Assembly: GCA_963667015.2 (NCBI GenBank)
Contig: CAXXJJ010000004.1
Location: 3,744,001-3,808,000 of the forward strand
Direction of reading: 5' to 3'
Length of the DNA: 64,000 nucleotides
DNA from: Desulfatiglandales bacterium
GTDB lineage: Bacteria > Desulfobacterota > DSM-4660 > Desulfatiglandales > HGW-15
Shown here: piece by piece, positions 35,232 to 44,114 of the stretch
Layout: each line of letters opens with the position of its first letter
Numbering within the stretch: the stretch's first letter is position 1
Made by a program: the position numbers and the translations under genes
The notes under the pieces: model-generated
Databases searched by the model: none
The model's input: only the letters and a program-made list of their open reading frames with translations
What the model was told of the DNA's origin: nothing

Positions 35232-37274
35232 ATGAAAGGCGGATATACAGGAAAAATAGCAAGGGTAAATCTGACTGATAAATCTGTCAGCACCATTTCA
35301 ACGGAAAAATATGTAGAATTTGGCGGCGGACACGGAATTGGTTCGGCAATCTTCTTCGACCTTGTAGGTGACCAGCTCCCCTTTGAGGCATTTGATCCCA
35401 GAAACCTGATCATAATGATGGCGTCACCATTTTCAGGGACCTTCACACCCGGTTCAGGAAGGTGTGAAGTACAGGGTCTTGGGCCAATGCTTTATCCCAT
35501 TGAATGGTTCGGACACAGCAACTTTGGAGGACGTTTCACATCACAGCTTAAATTCGCGGGATGGGACGGGATAGTTGTTGAGGGCGCTGCAAGCGACCCT
35601 GTGTGGATAAACATAGCGGATGATAAAATCGTTATTGAAGACGGAAAAGACATATGGGGAATGGACACATGGGATACCCAGGAGGAAATCGCCAGGCGGG
35701 TAATGCCCAGTCTTAAACATGGTGAATGGGCCGAGGTTGATGATGATAATTTCACCACCCAGGTGCCTGCCGTAGTTTGCTGCGGTGTTGCAGGTGAAAA
35801 CAAGAGCAGGTTGGGATGCCTGCTGCACGGTCCAGGGTCACAGGCCGCTTTATGCGGTTTTGGCGGTGTGTTCGGATCTAAAAATCTGAAGGCCATAAGC
35901 GCTATCGGTACAGGTAGCGTTCCCATTGCAGACCCCAACGAATTCATGAAGACCCGTTTGTGGTACAACCGGTTCCAGTGGAACGTTGACAACCCGCGGG
36001 AAGGAACAAGGTTTTTGTCCGGTATGTACCGAGTTAGCGCTGGAGCTCCGAGCGGTGCAAATACCACCAACGGGGCAGTGCCCCTTGTTCCTGCACGTGC
36101 TGCCGCATGCGCCTCATGCCCCAGGGGCTGCCGTATGAGGACCGCAAGTTCAGACAGTAACGAATCGGTCTGCGCCGGAACTCTGGCCTTCAACATTCCC
36201 GGAAGCAGAAAGGCAACGCGCAAGACCAACGACCTGATGCAGAAATTAGGACTGGGCCACTGGCAGCTCATCCCTACAATGAACTACCTCAGAAGCCTTG
36301 GAACCAGAGGCTTTGCAGGAAAGGGCAAAAAGGTTGACTGCGACCTGCCTCTTGATGCCTGGAGCGATTCCGGATTCAGTGAAATGCTCATGAGATCCAT
36401 AGCAGAACGCAAGGGAATCGGAAATGACATGGCTGAAGGAGCCGCCAGGTTTGCTGAAAAATATGGGATGCTTCAGGAAGATCTTCATAAAGGCATACTC
36501 CGCCTCACCTACTGGGGCACAGCCGACCACTATGATGCCACAACAGAGGCGGAATGGGGTTTCGGATCTCTCCTTGGAGAACGCGATCTTATGCTTCATA
36601 TGATGGCAAATTATCCGCTCCACTGGATGGCCTGGACAGGCGACCCCTTCCTCACAGCAGAAGAGGCTGCAAAACTTTATACAGACGCAATGGTCCCCTA
36701 CAATGGTGATGAATTCATGGTGGACTACAGCGACGGGCCGACGGGGATTTATTCTGATCACAAGGTCAAACAGGTTGCATGGGTAAAGCACTATGAAAAA
36801 TTCTGGATAGGCTGTGGAGGTTTCTGCGGCTGGAGATGGCCCATGTGTATTACATGTACTACAGAAGACAGAAGAGGTCCCACACCCCAGGCAGAAGAGA
36901 GATTCTGGAAAGCAGTTACCGGGCAGGACCTGAGTTTTGCGGATGCCATGGAGGTTGGACATAAGATTTACACCCTGGACAGGGCCATATGGGTACTTCA
37001 GGGAAGACACAGGGACATGGAGGTATTTCCCGATTATATCTATGACCAGCCCACCAGGGGAAGTGAACTGCCCATGTACATTAATGGCAAATGGACCTAT
37101 GACAACGGCGCCGGACGAAAACTGGATAGAAAGAAGGTAGAGGATTTTAAGACAAAATTCTATAAATTTGAAGGTTATAACCCGGACAACGGATACCCCA
37201 CACGTAAGACACTGGAAAAAATGGGTCTTAAAAAGGTTGCTGATCTTCTAAAGAAGAGAGGCAAACTGGGTTAG
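35232..37274 (+). CDS. Aldehyde:ferredoxin oxidoreductase (AOR/WOR) family W/Mo-pterin enzyme
   Basis: GYTGKIARVNLT, LKFAGWDGIVVEG, GGVFGSKNLKAI, CASCPRGC, GYPTRKTLEKMGL; GGAGG SD before ATG 35232. Confidence 0.9.
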   Translation: MKGGYTGKIARVNLTDKSVSTISTEKYVEFGGGHGIGSAIFFDLVGDQLPFEAFDPRNLIIMMASPFSGTFTPGSGRCEVQGLGPMLYPIEWFGHSNFGGRFTSQLKFAGWDGIVVEGAASDPVWINIADDKIVIEDGKDIWGMDTWDTQEEIARRVMPSLKHGEWAEVDDDNFTTQVPAVVCCGVAGENKSRLGCLLHGPGSQAALCGFGGVFGSKNLKAISAIGTGSVPIADPNEFMKTRLWYNRFQWNVDNPREGTRFLSGMYRVSAGAPSGANTTNGAVPLVPARAAACASCPRGCRMRTASSDSNESVCAGTLAFNIPGSRKATRKTNDLMQKLGLGHWQLIPTMNYLRSLGTRGFAGKGKKVDCDLPLDAWSDSGFSEMLMRSIAERKGIGNDMAEGAARFAEKYGMLQEDLHKGILRLTYWGTADHYDATTEAEWGFGSLLGERDLMLHMMANYPLHWMAWTGDPFLTAEEAAKLYTDAMVPYNGDEFMVDYSDGPTGIYSDHKVKQVAWVKHYEKFWIGCGGFCGWRWPMCITCTTEDRRGPTPQAEERFWKAVTGQDLSFADAMEVGHKIYTLDRAIWVLQGRHRDMEVFPDYIYDQPTRGSELPMYINGKWTYDNGAGRKLDRKKVEDFKTKFYKFEGYNPDNGYPTRKTLEKMGLKKVADLLKKRGKLG

Positions 37275-37297
37275 TACACGCTCATTAATAAAAACTT

Positions 37298-37340
37298 AAA
37301 AGACACCGGAAAAATACTTTTTCCGGTGTCTTTTTATTTT
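37298..37340. terminator. Bidirectional intrinsic terminator
   Basis: AAAAGACACCGGAAAAA-TAC-TTTTTCCGGTGTCTTTT between convergent genes. Confidence 0.85.
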
Positions 37341-37349
37341 CATTAATGA

Positions 37350-38483
37350 CTACACCCCTTCAAAACTGCAGACAGGATTTGCATATATGGTCAGAACCAG
37401 GTTTCTAACCTCGGGTTTAAGGTTATTATAGGCCGACAGAAATTTGTTTTTTTCTGATTCGGTATAATTGGCAGAATATTTTACTGTTTTAAAGACCTGG
37501 TCATAGGCAATATAATTGCGCGGCCATAATTTATATAAGGAATGAATGGACCGGTCTATTGCAATGGCCAGGTCTTTTTTGTCCTCATAATTTCCTGTAA
37601 GGGGTTCTCCAAAACTGAGATGGATTCTGCCCTTATCTCCCGATATACCTGCTACCATGCTGACTAAATCTTCGTTTTTCTTTTTCCTGTGCACACCGTT
37701 TTTATTTTTTCTATATAACTCCCACCCTTTGAGGCGGTCACAGGGATCTATTTCATAGGATATAGCTACAGGAACAATATTGCATGACCTGGCAAATTCG
37801 GAAAAGCTGCTTTGTTTTTTACGCTCAGAAAGATAGAACATATTAATAATGGCAGGGTTTGTCTGATCTATTCCATCCTTTGCCCGGCCTTCTCTCTGTG
37901 AAATCCAGAAGTTGCTGCCCTCATTCTTTAGCTTGTTTAGATACTCGGACAGGTGTATTGATGCCTCTATCTGTTCTCTCCTCGCAAGACCTCTCTTTAC
38001 AATAACTGCATTGTTAACACGGATAAGATCGGAAACAGCATCATTTATGAGCAGGTTATCACCAAAGGCAATGTATGGAATACTGAATCCGTTTAAATAC
38101 AATACATAATTCATAAGCGCAGGATCCATAACAATGTCCCGGTGGTTGGACATAAAAATATAGGATTTATCTTTACTTAATTTCTCAAGACCCGAGAAAG
38201 TCACACCGTCCGACGTATTTTCTATAACCCATTTTAGAATATTATCAGCAACTATCTTTGATTGAAACTCCGCAATAGTCTTAATCCCTGACAGTTTTCT
38301 TCTTAAAAAAAACCGAATCAATATGTCTGCAAGACCTTTTAAGAAATCAGGACAGGACGGCCATTTCATAATACGAATATTTGAAATCAGCAGTTGATTT
38401 TCTGCCAAACGTTTCATTACAGCCGGTACTTCCTTATCGTTGTATGGCCTGATATCATCAAATTTGGCAGTAATATCTTTCAT
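37350..38483 (-). CDS. Glycerolipid acyltransferase (PlsC-like)
   Basis: FDDIRPY, SNHRDIVMD (HxxxxD), QREGRAKDG. Confidence 0.88.
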   Translation of the reverse strand: MKDITAKFDDIRPYNDKEVPAVMKRLAENQLLISNIRIMKWPSCPDFLKGLADILIRFFLRRKLSGIKTIAEFQSKIVADNILKWVIENTSDGVTFSGLEKLSKDKSYIFMSNHRDIVMDPALMNYVLYLNGFSIPYIAFGDNLLINDAVSDLIRVNNAVIVKRGLARREQIEASIHLSEYLNKLKNEGSNFWISQREGRAKDGIDQTNPAIINMFYLSERKKQSSFSEFARSCNIVPVAISYEIDPCDRLKGWELYRKNKNGVHRKKKNEDLVSMVAGISGDKGRIHLSFGEPLTGNYEDKKDLAIAIDRSIHSLYKLWPRNYIAYDQVFKTVKYSANYTESEKNKFLSAYNNLKPEVRNLVLTIYANPVCSFEGV

Positions 38484-38491
38484 TATTTTAC

Positions 38492-39052
38492 CTAAAACAA
38501 CATCCCTTTTTTATTTTCTCTTATTACAGTAATAATCTTATCCAGTCTTTTTTTCCTGGTTTCATCAGTTTTTGCCTCAAAGTAAAAACCTGCATACTGC
38601 TTTTTAAGTGACATGGATTTGTTTTCATAATTTTCTAAAAGAGTTGAATCCCCCCTGATAATATCCCTGAAATCTGAAATCAGTTTATCAAAATCCGGTT
38701 TATTAACACTTTTGTTCCACTGGCCGTTTTCAACAGCCTTTTTTATTTCACGCTCACCATATTCGGTCATCAGACTTTCTTTTCTTAACTTTTCTACTGT
38801 CTTTTTATTTTTTTCCGACCATTTACTGTTTTTTGTTCTTGGCGCAAAGTATTTTATATAGCTGCGGTCTCCTTCGGATTTCATCTGCCCGTCAATCCAG
38901 CCAAAACAGAGTGATTCATTTAAGGCTTCATCTGCAGTAATTGAAGCTTTGCTGATATCTTTTATAAATCTGATCCAAACCCCCTTTGAGGTCTCCACAT
39001 TCTTATGTAACCAGTTACGAAATTCTGCTCTGTTTGAGAATTCCAGTTCCAA
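38492..39052 (-). CDS. YdeI/OmpD-associated family protein
   Basis: FRNWL, LCFGWIDG, SKWSEKNK, AKTDETRKKR; TTG start at 39052 preferred. Confidence 0.85.
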   Translation of the reverse strand: MELEFSNRAEFRNWLHKNVETSKGVWIRFIKDISKASITADEALNESLCFGWIDGQMKSEGDRSYIKYFAPRTKNSKWSEKNKKTVEKLRKESLMTEYGEREIKKAVENGQWNKSVNKPDFDKLISDFRDIIRGDSTLLENYENKSMSLKKQYAGFYFEAKTDETRKKRLDKIITVIRENKKGMLF

Positions 39053-39151
39053 TTTATATTTTCTTTCCTTATTTGAACTATTCAAGTTATCTCGGAGGCA
39101 GGTCATCCGGGATAGCATCACCTGCTTTATACACAATATCTCAGAATATCC

Positions 39152-39328
39152 TTACCTGTTTTTCAGATTATATTGTTTGGTCAATTCCTGTTTCTTCTCC
39201 TCCGGAAGCCCCTTAAAGTAACTCTTCCAGCCCGGACAAAAACCCGTATGCCACCGCCACAACCTGCCTAAAAAGGACTTTGGATTTTTATCGTACTTTG
39301 CTCTAAAGCTGCAATCTTCACAGGACAT
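39152..39328 (-). CDS. 58-aa small protein absent from the ORF track
   Basis: GGAGG SD; MSCEDCSFRAKYDKNPKSFLGRLWRWHTGFCPGWKSYFKGLPEEKKQELTKQYNLKNR*; co-oriented with flanking genes. Confidence 0.75.
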   Translation of the reverse strand: MSCEDCSFRAKYDKNPKSFLGRLWRWHTGFCPGWKSYFKGLPEEKKQELTKQYNLKNR

Positions 39329-39389
39329 AATTAATTCCTCCTATCCAATAGATTTATCTCAGAACCGGGACATCTATTAATTGTATGGT

Positions 39390-39866
39390 TTATAATTTTA
39401 ATTCCATAAAGCACACTGTAAATGGAAGATGGGGAAAGCTCTTTGTTCCCGTCTCAACAAACCCAAGATTCCGGTACCATTCTTTGAGCTCCGTCTGCTC
39501 ATCAATAATGCCTATGCTCATTTTGGGGATGCCCTCTGACTCTGCACACTTTATGACATGCCGGGTAAGCTCTATGCCAAAATGGTTACCCCTCATTTCC
39601 GGTAAAACAGCAAGGCGCTCAAGGTAGCAAATATCAGAGCTCGGGATTTCAAGCCCGGTAGAGGCTGCCGGGGTATTATCCTGATATAGAATAAAATACC
39701 TAACTCCACGTTTAAAATCCGCTTCAACCCATGAAACTGTATAGTTTGACGGATGTTTGGGGCAGTTTTCCGGAGTTAATGAAAATCGTTCTGCAACATC
39801 CTTAAAGGATTCGCTGATAATTTCTGCCAGAATTTCTGAATCTTCTATATTTGTTTCCCTGATCAT
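39390..39866 (-). CDS. GNAT N-acetyltransferase
   Basis: LERLAVLPEMRGNHFG and WYRNLGF. Confidence 0.85.
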   Translation of the reverse strand: MIRETNIEDSEILAEIISESFKDVAERFSLTPENCPKHPSNYTVSWVEADFKRGVRYFILYQDNTPAASTGLEIPSSDICYLERLAVLPEMRGNHFGIELTRHVIKCAESEGIPKMSIGIIDEQTELKEWYRNLGFVETGTKSFPHLPFTVCFMELKL

Positions 39867-39894
39867 GGAGTCCTGTTAATTTATATGAAAAGCC

Positions 39895-40200
39895 TCACAC
39901 AGCTTCCTGATACTCATGGACTTCTTTTGCAATTTTTTCGGCACATTGATCTTCAGCAACATCAAGATCATAATCCATCTGAAGCCCCAACCAAAACTGT
40001 GGTGACATCTTAAAATATTTCGCAAGCCTCAAAGCAGTATCGGGAGTTATTCTTCGCTTCCCTAAAACAATTTCATTTATACGTCTTGCAGGCACACGTA
40101 TATCAAGAGCCATTTTATTTTGACTCAATCCCATTGGCTTAAGAAACTCCTCAAGCAGTATTTCTCCGGGATGTATGGGGGGTATTTTTTTAGCAGTCAT
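39895..40200 (-). CDS. higA: HigA antitoxin
   Basis: [32 protein letters not shown]. Confidence 0.95.
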   Translation of the reverse strand: MTAKKIPPIHPGEILLEEFLKPMGLSQNKMALDIRVPARRINEIVLGKRRITPDTALRLAKYFKMSPQFWLGLQMDYDLDVAEDQCAEKIAKEVHEYQEAV

Positions 40201-40211
40201 AATCTACCTCC

Positions 40212-40493
40212 TTAATGGTAATCAATAATTTCCACATCAAATGCATCCTGGTCATTCCAATTAAAACAAATTCGCCATTGATCATTGATCCGGATGCTGT
40301 ATTGACCTTTACGACCTCCACGCAGCAATTCAAGTTTATTACCGGGTGGAACCTTCAAATCATTTAAGATATATGCCTTATTGAGCATTTTTAATTTTCT
40401 AAAAGCAATCTTTTGAATATCCATCGGCAATTTTTTGGAATATTCCCTGTTGAATATCTTATTTGTTTCTTTGCATTTGAATGATTTTATCAT
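40212..40493 (-). CDS. higB: HigB (RelE-family) toxin
   Basis: [36 protein letters not shown]. Confidence 0.95.
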   Translation of the reverse strand: MIKSFKCKETNKIFNREYSKKLPMDIQKIAFRKLKMLNKAYILNDLKVPPGNKLELLRGGRKGQYSIRINDQWRICFNWNDQDAFDVEIIDYH

Positions 40494-40499
40494 TGAGAA

Positions 40500-40528
40500 A
40501 CAGTATAACGCGTAACGTTAAATGTCAA
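40500..40528 (-). promoter_or_regulatory. higBA promoter with a palindromic operator
   Basis: Minus strand TTGACA-17 nt-TACTGT; TAACG-N5-CGTTA palindrome at 40506-40520; no SD before the ATG. Confidence 0.6.
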
Positions 40529-40555
40529 GCGGGCAGATATTCAATCGAATCCTCC

Positions 40556-40587
40556 CTGTACCGCCATAGCTTCGGCGACGACGGCAG
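40556..40587. repeat. Dispersed AAGCTA-core palindrome (related copies at 45659-45690, 58121-58152, 59776-59800)
   Basis: Reverse complement GCCGTCGTCGCCGAAGCTATGGCGGTACAG versus GCCGTCGCATAAAGCTATGGCGGGACAG at 45661. Confidence 0.6.
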
Positions 40588-40596
40588 CCTGCCTTT

Positions 40597-41949
40597 TTAA
40601 AACGTCATCTTAAAACTCGCTCCACCGGCTTCATTATTGGACGCCCTTATAAACCCGCCATGGTAGGCCATTATCTGCCTGGTCAGGGCCAGTCCTATTC
40701 CGCTGCCTTCCGGTCTTGTTGTAAAATATGGAACAAAAATCTTACTCAAGATATCATCTTTAATGCCCGGACCATTATCAGAGACTTCTATTGTTACCCT
40801 GCCCCGCTGGTTGAGGCTGGCTGAAAGCCTTATTTTACCTTCCGGCTTACCTTCCAGGGCCTGTTCAGCATTTTTTAACAGATTTATGAGGGCCTGCTCA
40901 ATCTGTTCGGGATCAACATTTAGTTCCAGTCCCTGAGGCGTGATTTGAATCTCCAGCTTAACCCCGCTGTTTACATTGTTTGCCCGGTCAATTTGTACTA
41001 CATGGTTAAAAAGGTCCTGAACACGGGTCGTCTTTTTTTCCGGTTTTGGCAGCCGTGTGAGCTGCCTGAAGTTTGTTACAAACTGCATAAGGTTCCCCGC
41101 CCTCCTGGACATGGTCATTGCCGCAGTACTGATCTTTTCGATTTCCCCTTTTTGCGGATGACTTTCGGGAAGCTCCTGAATTACATCTCCTGCTATATCT
41201 GCTGTGGTCTGTGCCAGGGAAGCAACCGGTGTTATGGAATTCATTATCTCGTGGGTCAGCACCCTCACCAGGTCCTGCCACGCGTTTAACTGAGTGGATT
41301 CCAGTTCCTCTCCTATGTCCTGAAGAGTGAATAACTTTTCAGTACCACTATTTCCTGTTACCTCCATCAGCCCAAGGGATAGCTGGGTATCAAGTCCGTC
41401 TATGGAAATCTTTACTACAGGCCTCTCACCCGCCCGGCAGTTAAGGAGCTGTTTATAGAAATCTTCACCAAACTGTTTTATGTCAGATAGCTTTGTTGGC
41501 TGGGGCGTTCCGAAAAAGCGCCTTGCCGCGTTGTTTAATAAAACAAGGCTTCCATCCTGTTTAACTGTCATTAACGGAACCGGAATATGATTGATAACAG
41601 CACGCAGGTGAGTGAGTTCTGTTTCCTGTTTTAAGCGCTTTTTTCTAAGATTTTCCAGGATATGGGTAAGGGCTTCACCAAGGGATTTAAATCCGGCGCC
41701 TGTATCTTCAAACTCAAAACTCTGGTTAAAGTCCGTATATTTCGCTGACGCAAGGAATCGTGCGATTTCCCGGTTTGTCCTGGAAAGGAAATACCATAAT
41801 TCATAGATAAGGCCTATTACAATTACAAAAATCAAAAACGTCACAACATGATATCGGGGATTATTAAAGGCATAAACAAATCCGGCAATACCCAGGCTGA
41901 GAGCAGCAAGTCTAAACATTATAAACAGTCCGAAATGTTTAAATGCCAT
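40597..41949 (-). CDS. Membrane sensor histidine kinase (NtrY-like)
   Basis: 2 TM; PAS-like region; RVLTHEIMNSITP H-box; DNGPGI, GSGIGL. Confidence 0.92.
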   Translation of the reverse strand: MAFKHFGLFIMFRLAALSLGIAGFVYAFNNPRYHVVTFLIFVIVIGLIYELWYFLSRTNREIARFLASAKYTDFNQSFEFEDTGAGFKSLGEALTHILENLRKKRLKQETELTHLRAVINHIPVPLMTVKQDGSLVLLNNAARRFFGTPQPTKLSDIKQFGEDFYKQLLNCRAGERPVVKISIDGLDTQLSLGLMEVTGNSGTEKLFTLQDIGEELESTQLNAWQDLVRVLTHEIMNSITPVASLAQTTADIAGDVIQELPESHPQKGEIEKISTAAMTMSRRAGNLMQFVTNFRQLTRLPKPEKKTTRVQDLFNHVVQIDRANNVNSGVKLEIQITPQGLELNVDPEQIEQALINLLKNAEQALEGKPEGKIRLSASLNQRGRVTIEVSDNGPGIKDDILSKIFVPYFTTRPEGSGIGLALTRQIMAYHGGFIRASNNEAGGASFKMTF

Positions 41950-43390
41950 ATTTTTCCATCCTCCTGTACAGGGCGGCGCGTGTTAAACCCAAATCTTTTG
42001 CCGCCTTGCTTATTACATAACGGTTTTTCCTGAGGGCCTCGAGAATCGTTTTATATTCAAGGCGTTCAAGGTTCAGATCATTTTTATCTGATACCCCGGA
42101 AACTGGTGATTCATCAATATCAGTTGCGCCTTCCTTTTGTTCAGGAGGCACAGGTTCAGACGAAACATATTTTCCGGAGCTAATGTACTGGTTTTCGAGC
42201 TGAAAATCCTCAGGGATCAGATATTTCTCCCTTGAAAGGATAACTGCACGTTCAACCGCGTGCCTTAATGCCCTGACATTCCCGGGCCACTGATAGCGTG
42301 CAAGGAGATCCATGGTTTCCGGGCTGACCTGTTTTTCGGGTTTTGAGTACTTATTGCAGTAAAAGGTAACATAGTGGTTTACAATGTCCGCAATATCACC
42401 TGGACGCTCCCGAAGGGGCGGGAGGTTAATTTCTACCGTGTTAAGCCTGAAGAGCAGGTCCTGGCGAAAGTGTTTAGGATCACCAAGCTCTTCACGCGGC
42501 ATGTTTGTAGCTGCAATAATACGCACATCAACCGGGGAAGATGTGCGTGAACCGACCTGTGACACTTCTCTTTTTTCAAGGACTGACAGTAACTTTACCT
42601 GCAAATGCAAAGGTATGTTACCAATTTCATCAAGAAACAGGCTGCCGCCATTGGCGGCCTCTATGTATCCAATGCGGTCTTCCTTTGCATCGGTAAATGC
42701 CCCTTTTTTATGACCGAAGAGTTCCGACTCAAACAGGGTCTCGGAGATTGAGCCAAGGTCTACCGGGATAAAAACCTGATCACTTCGTTTTGACTGGCGA
42801 TGGATTTCCCGTGCTATCAATTCCTTGCCTGTACCGTTTTCTCCAAGGATAAGCACATTGGCATCAGTAGGAGCAGCCCTTCCTACAAGTGACAGCAGAT
42901 TTTTCATTGCCGGGCTGCTGCCGATGATGTTCTGTCTTTTGTGGCCGGTCACCTCACTCAAAACACGGTTACTCTTGCGCAGCCTTGATGCCTCACTACG
43001 GCTCTGCCTTAATTGCAGTGATGCAGATATGGTTGCAAGGAGCCGTTGATTATCCCATGGCTTAACAACATAATCTGCGGCCCCGAGTTTCATGGCCTCG
43101 ACTGCTGCGTTAAGGCTGCCGTGGGCGGTAATCATTACCACGACAGCCTCAGGATCGATTTCTTTGATTTTCTCCAGCCACTTCATTCCCATCTTTCCGT
43201 CAGACTCCCCCGGATGAAAATTCATATCCAGCAGAATCACATCGAAATTATCTTTTTTCATCAGACCGGGAATGTCTTCCGGATTTTCACAGGTAATGAC
43301 TGACTGGTAATGCCTTTCCAGAAGATAGCGGGCAGAAATCAAAATATCCGGATTATCATCAACAACCAGTATTTTTTCTTTATTCATCAT
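41939..43390 (-). CDS. sigma54-dependent response regulator (REC-AAA-Fis HTH)
   Basis: LLDMNF, GENGTGKE, ESELFGH, GAFTDA, FLDEIG, WPGNVR, C-terminal HTH; the ORF-track 5' extension runs into a repeat element. Confidence 0.93.
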   Translation of the reverse strand: MMNKEKILVVDDNPDILISARYLLERHYQSVITCENPEDIPGLMKKDNFDVILLDMNFHPGESDGKMGMKWLEKIKEIDPEAVVVMITAHGSLNAAVEAMKLGAADYVVKPWDNQRLLATISASLQLRQSRSEASRLRKSNRVLSEVTGHKRQNIIGSSPAMKNLLSLVGRAAPTDANVLILGENGTGKELIAREIHRQSKRSDQVFIPVDLGSISETLFESELFGHKKGAFTDAKEDRIGYIEAANGGSLFLDEIGNIPLHLQVKLLSVLEKREVSQVGSRTSSPVDVRIIAATNMPREELGDPKHFRQDLLFRLNTVEINLPPLRERPGDIADIVNHYVTFYCNKYSKPEKQVSPETMDLLARYQWPGNVRALRHAVERAVILSREKYLIPEDFQLENQYISSGKYVSSEPVPPEQKEGATDIDESPVSGVSDKNDLNLERLEYKTILEALRKNRYVISKAAKDLGLTRAALYRRMEKYGI

Positions 43391-43434
43391 CAATGTCCAA
43401 AATGAAAAGATTTGATAGTTTTTCAGGTAAAAAT

Positions 43435-43620
43435 TGAACCGCAAAGACGCAAAGGTCGCTAAGAAAGACAAAAGTAAAAAACGATTTGTTATTTAAAAAC
43501 ATAAAAAGTCTTTCTCCGTGTCCTTCGTGCTCTCTGTGGTGAATACGTTTTTAAGCCTTTGCCTTGGCTTTTAGTTAAAAAAAATGTTTTTCTTAGCGTT
43601 CTTTGCGTCTTCGCGGTTCA
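43435..43620. repeat. Miniature inverted-repeat element with 9-bp periodic arms and a nested half element
   Basis: TGAACCGCAAAGACGCAAAGGTCGCTAAGAAA ... TTTCTTAGCGTTCTTTGCGTCTTCGCGGTTCA; internal CTCCGTGTCCTTCGTGCTCTCTGTGG. Confidence 0.8.
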
Positions 43621-43658
43621 GCTTTGGCTTTTGTTTTTAGCTTATATTCTTTGAAGAG

Positions 43659-43697
43659 TGTTCGTTTTCGCACAAAAGAAATGTACGATATCGGACA
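43659..43697. promoter_or_regulatory. Tandem palindromic upstream activator sites
   Basis: TGTTCGTTTTCGCACA and TGTACGATATCGGACA (TGTnCG-N4-CGnACA), starts 23 bp apart. Confidence 0.65.
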
Positions 43698-43760
43698 TAA
43701 TAAATATCTTCAGCTTTGTCAATATCCCATTTAATTAATTAATTCATGCAGTTAACTTTT

Positions 43761-43776
43761 TGGCACGACCATTGCT
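43761..43776 (+). promoter_or_regulatory. sigma54 -24/-12 promoter
   Basis: TGGCACGACCATTGCT, a full match to TGGCAC-N5-TTGC. Confidence 0.85.
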
Positions 43777-43841
43777 CTAAAAGAAAAGTACTACTTAACA
43801 TCAAGCCTTATAAAATTATTAGAATCAGAGAGAAAATAAAA

Positions 43842-44051
43842 ATGAATCTTTGGACAATGGTTGTATTTATTGTAGCTATCTGTGTAATCGGCGACATTAT
43901 TAAATCACGGAATAATAATCGTACAAATAAATCTGCAACACCTGATGAGAATATATCAATGGTGTTGGCCGGCTTAAAAAAACGTGTTGAGAATCTGGAA
44001 ACAATAGTTCTTGAAAAAGAAAGAAACAGGCGTTTTGCCGGGTTGGACTAA
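43842..44051 (+). CDS. Small single-TM protein, PspB-like
   Basis: N-terminal TM helix followed by LKKRVENLETIV coiled coil; first gene after the sigma54 promoter. Confidence 0.6.
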   Translation: MNLWTMVVFIVAICVIGDIIKSRNNNRTNKSATPDENISMVLAGLKKRVENLETIVLEKERNRRFAGLD

Positions 44052-44060
44052 CATGAAACG

Positions 44061-44084
44061 ATAGGGGCACGGCGCACCGTGCCC
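44061..44084. repeat. Single REP of the same family as 10784-10866
   Basis: ATAGGGGCACGGCGCACCGTGCCC; 23/24 match to the reverse complement of the right arm at 10843-10866. Confidence 0.75.
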
Positions 44085-44114
44085 TTAAAAATAATATCGA
44101 GAGGCCATTAAAAA

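Noticed and set aside
35492..37010. Long antisense ORFs (259 and 254 aa) opposite the AOR gene, and similar shadow ORFs elsewhere
   Set aside because: Fully overlapped by well-supported genes and lacking recognisable motifs
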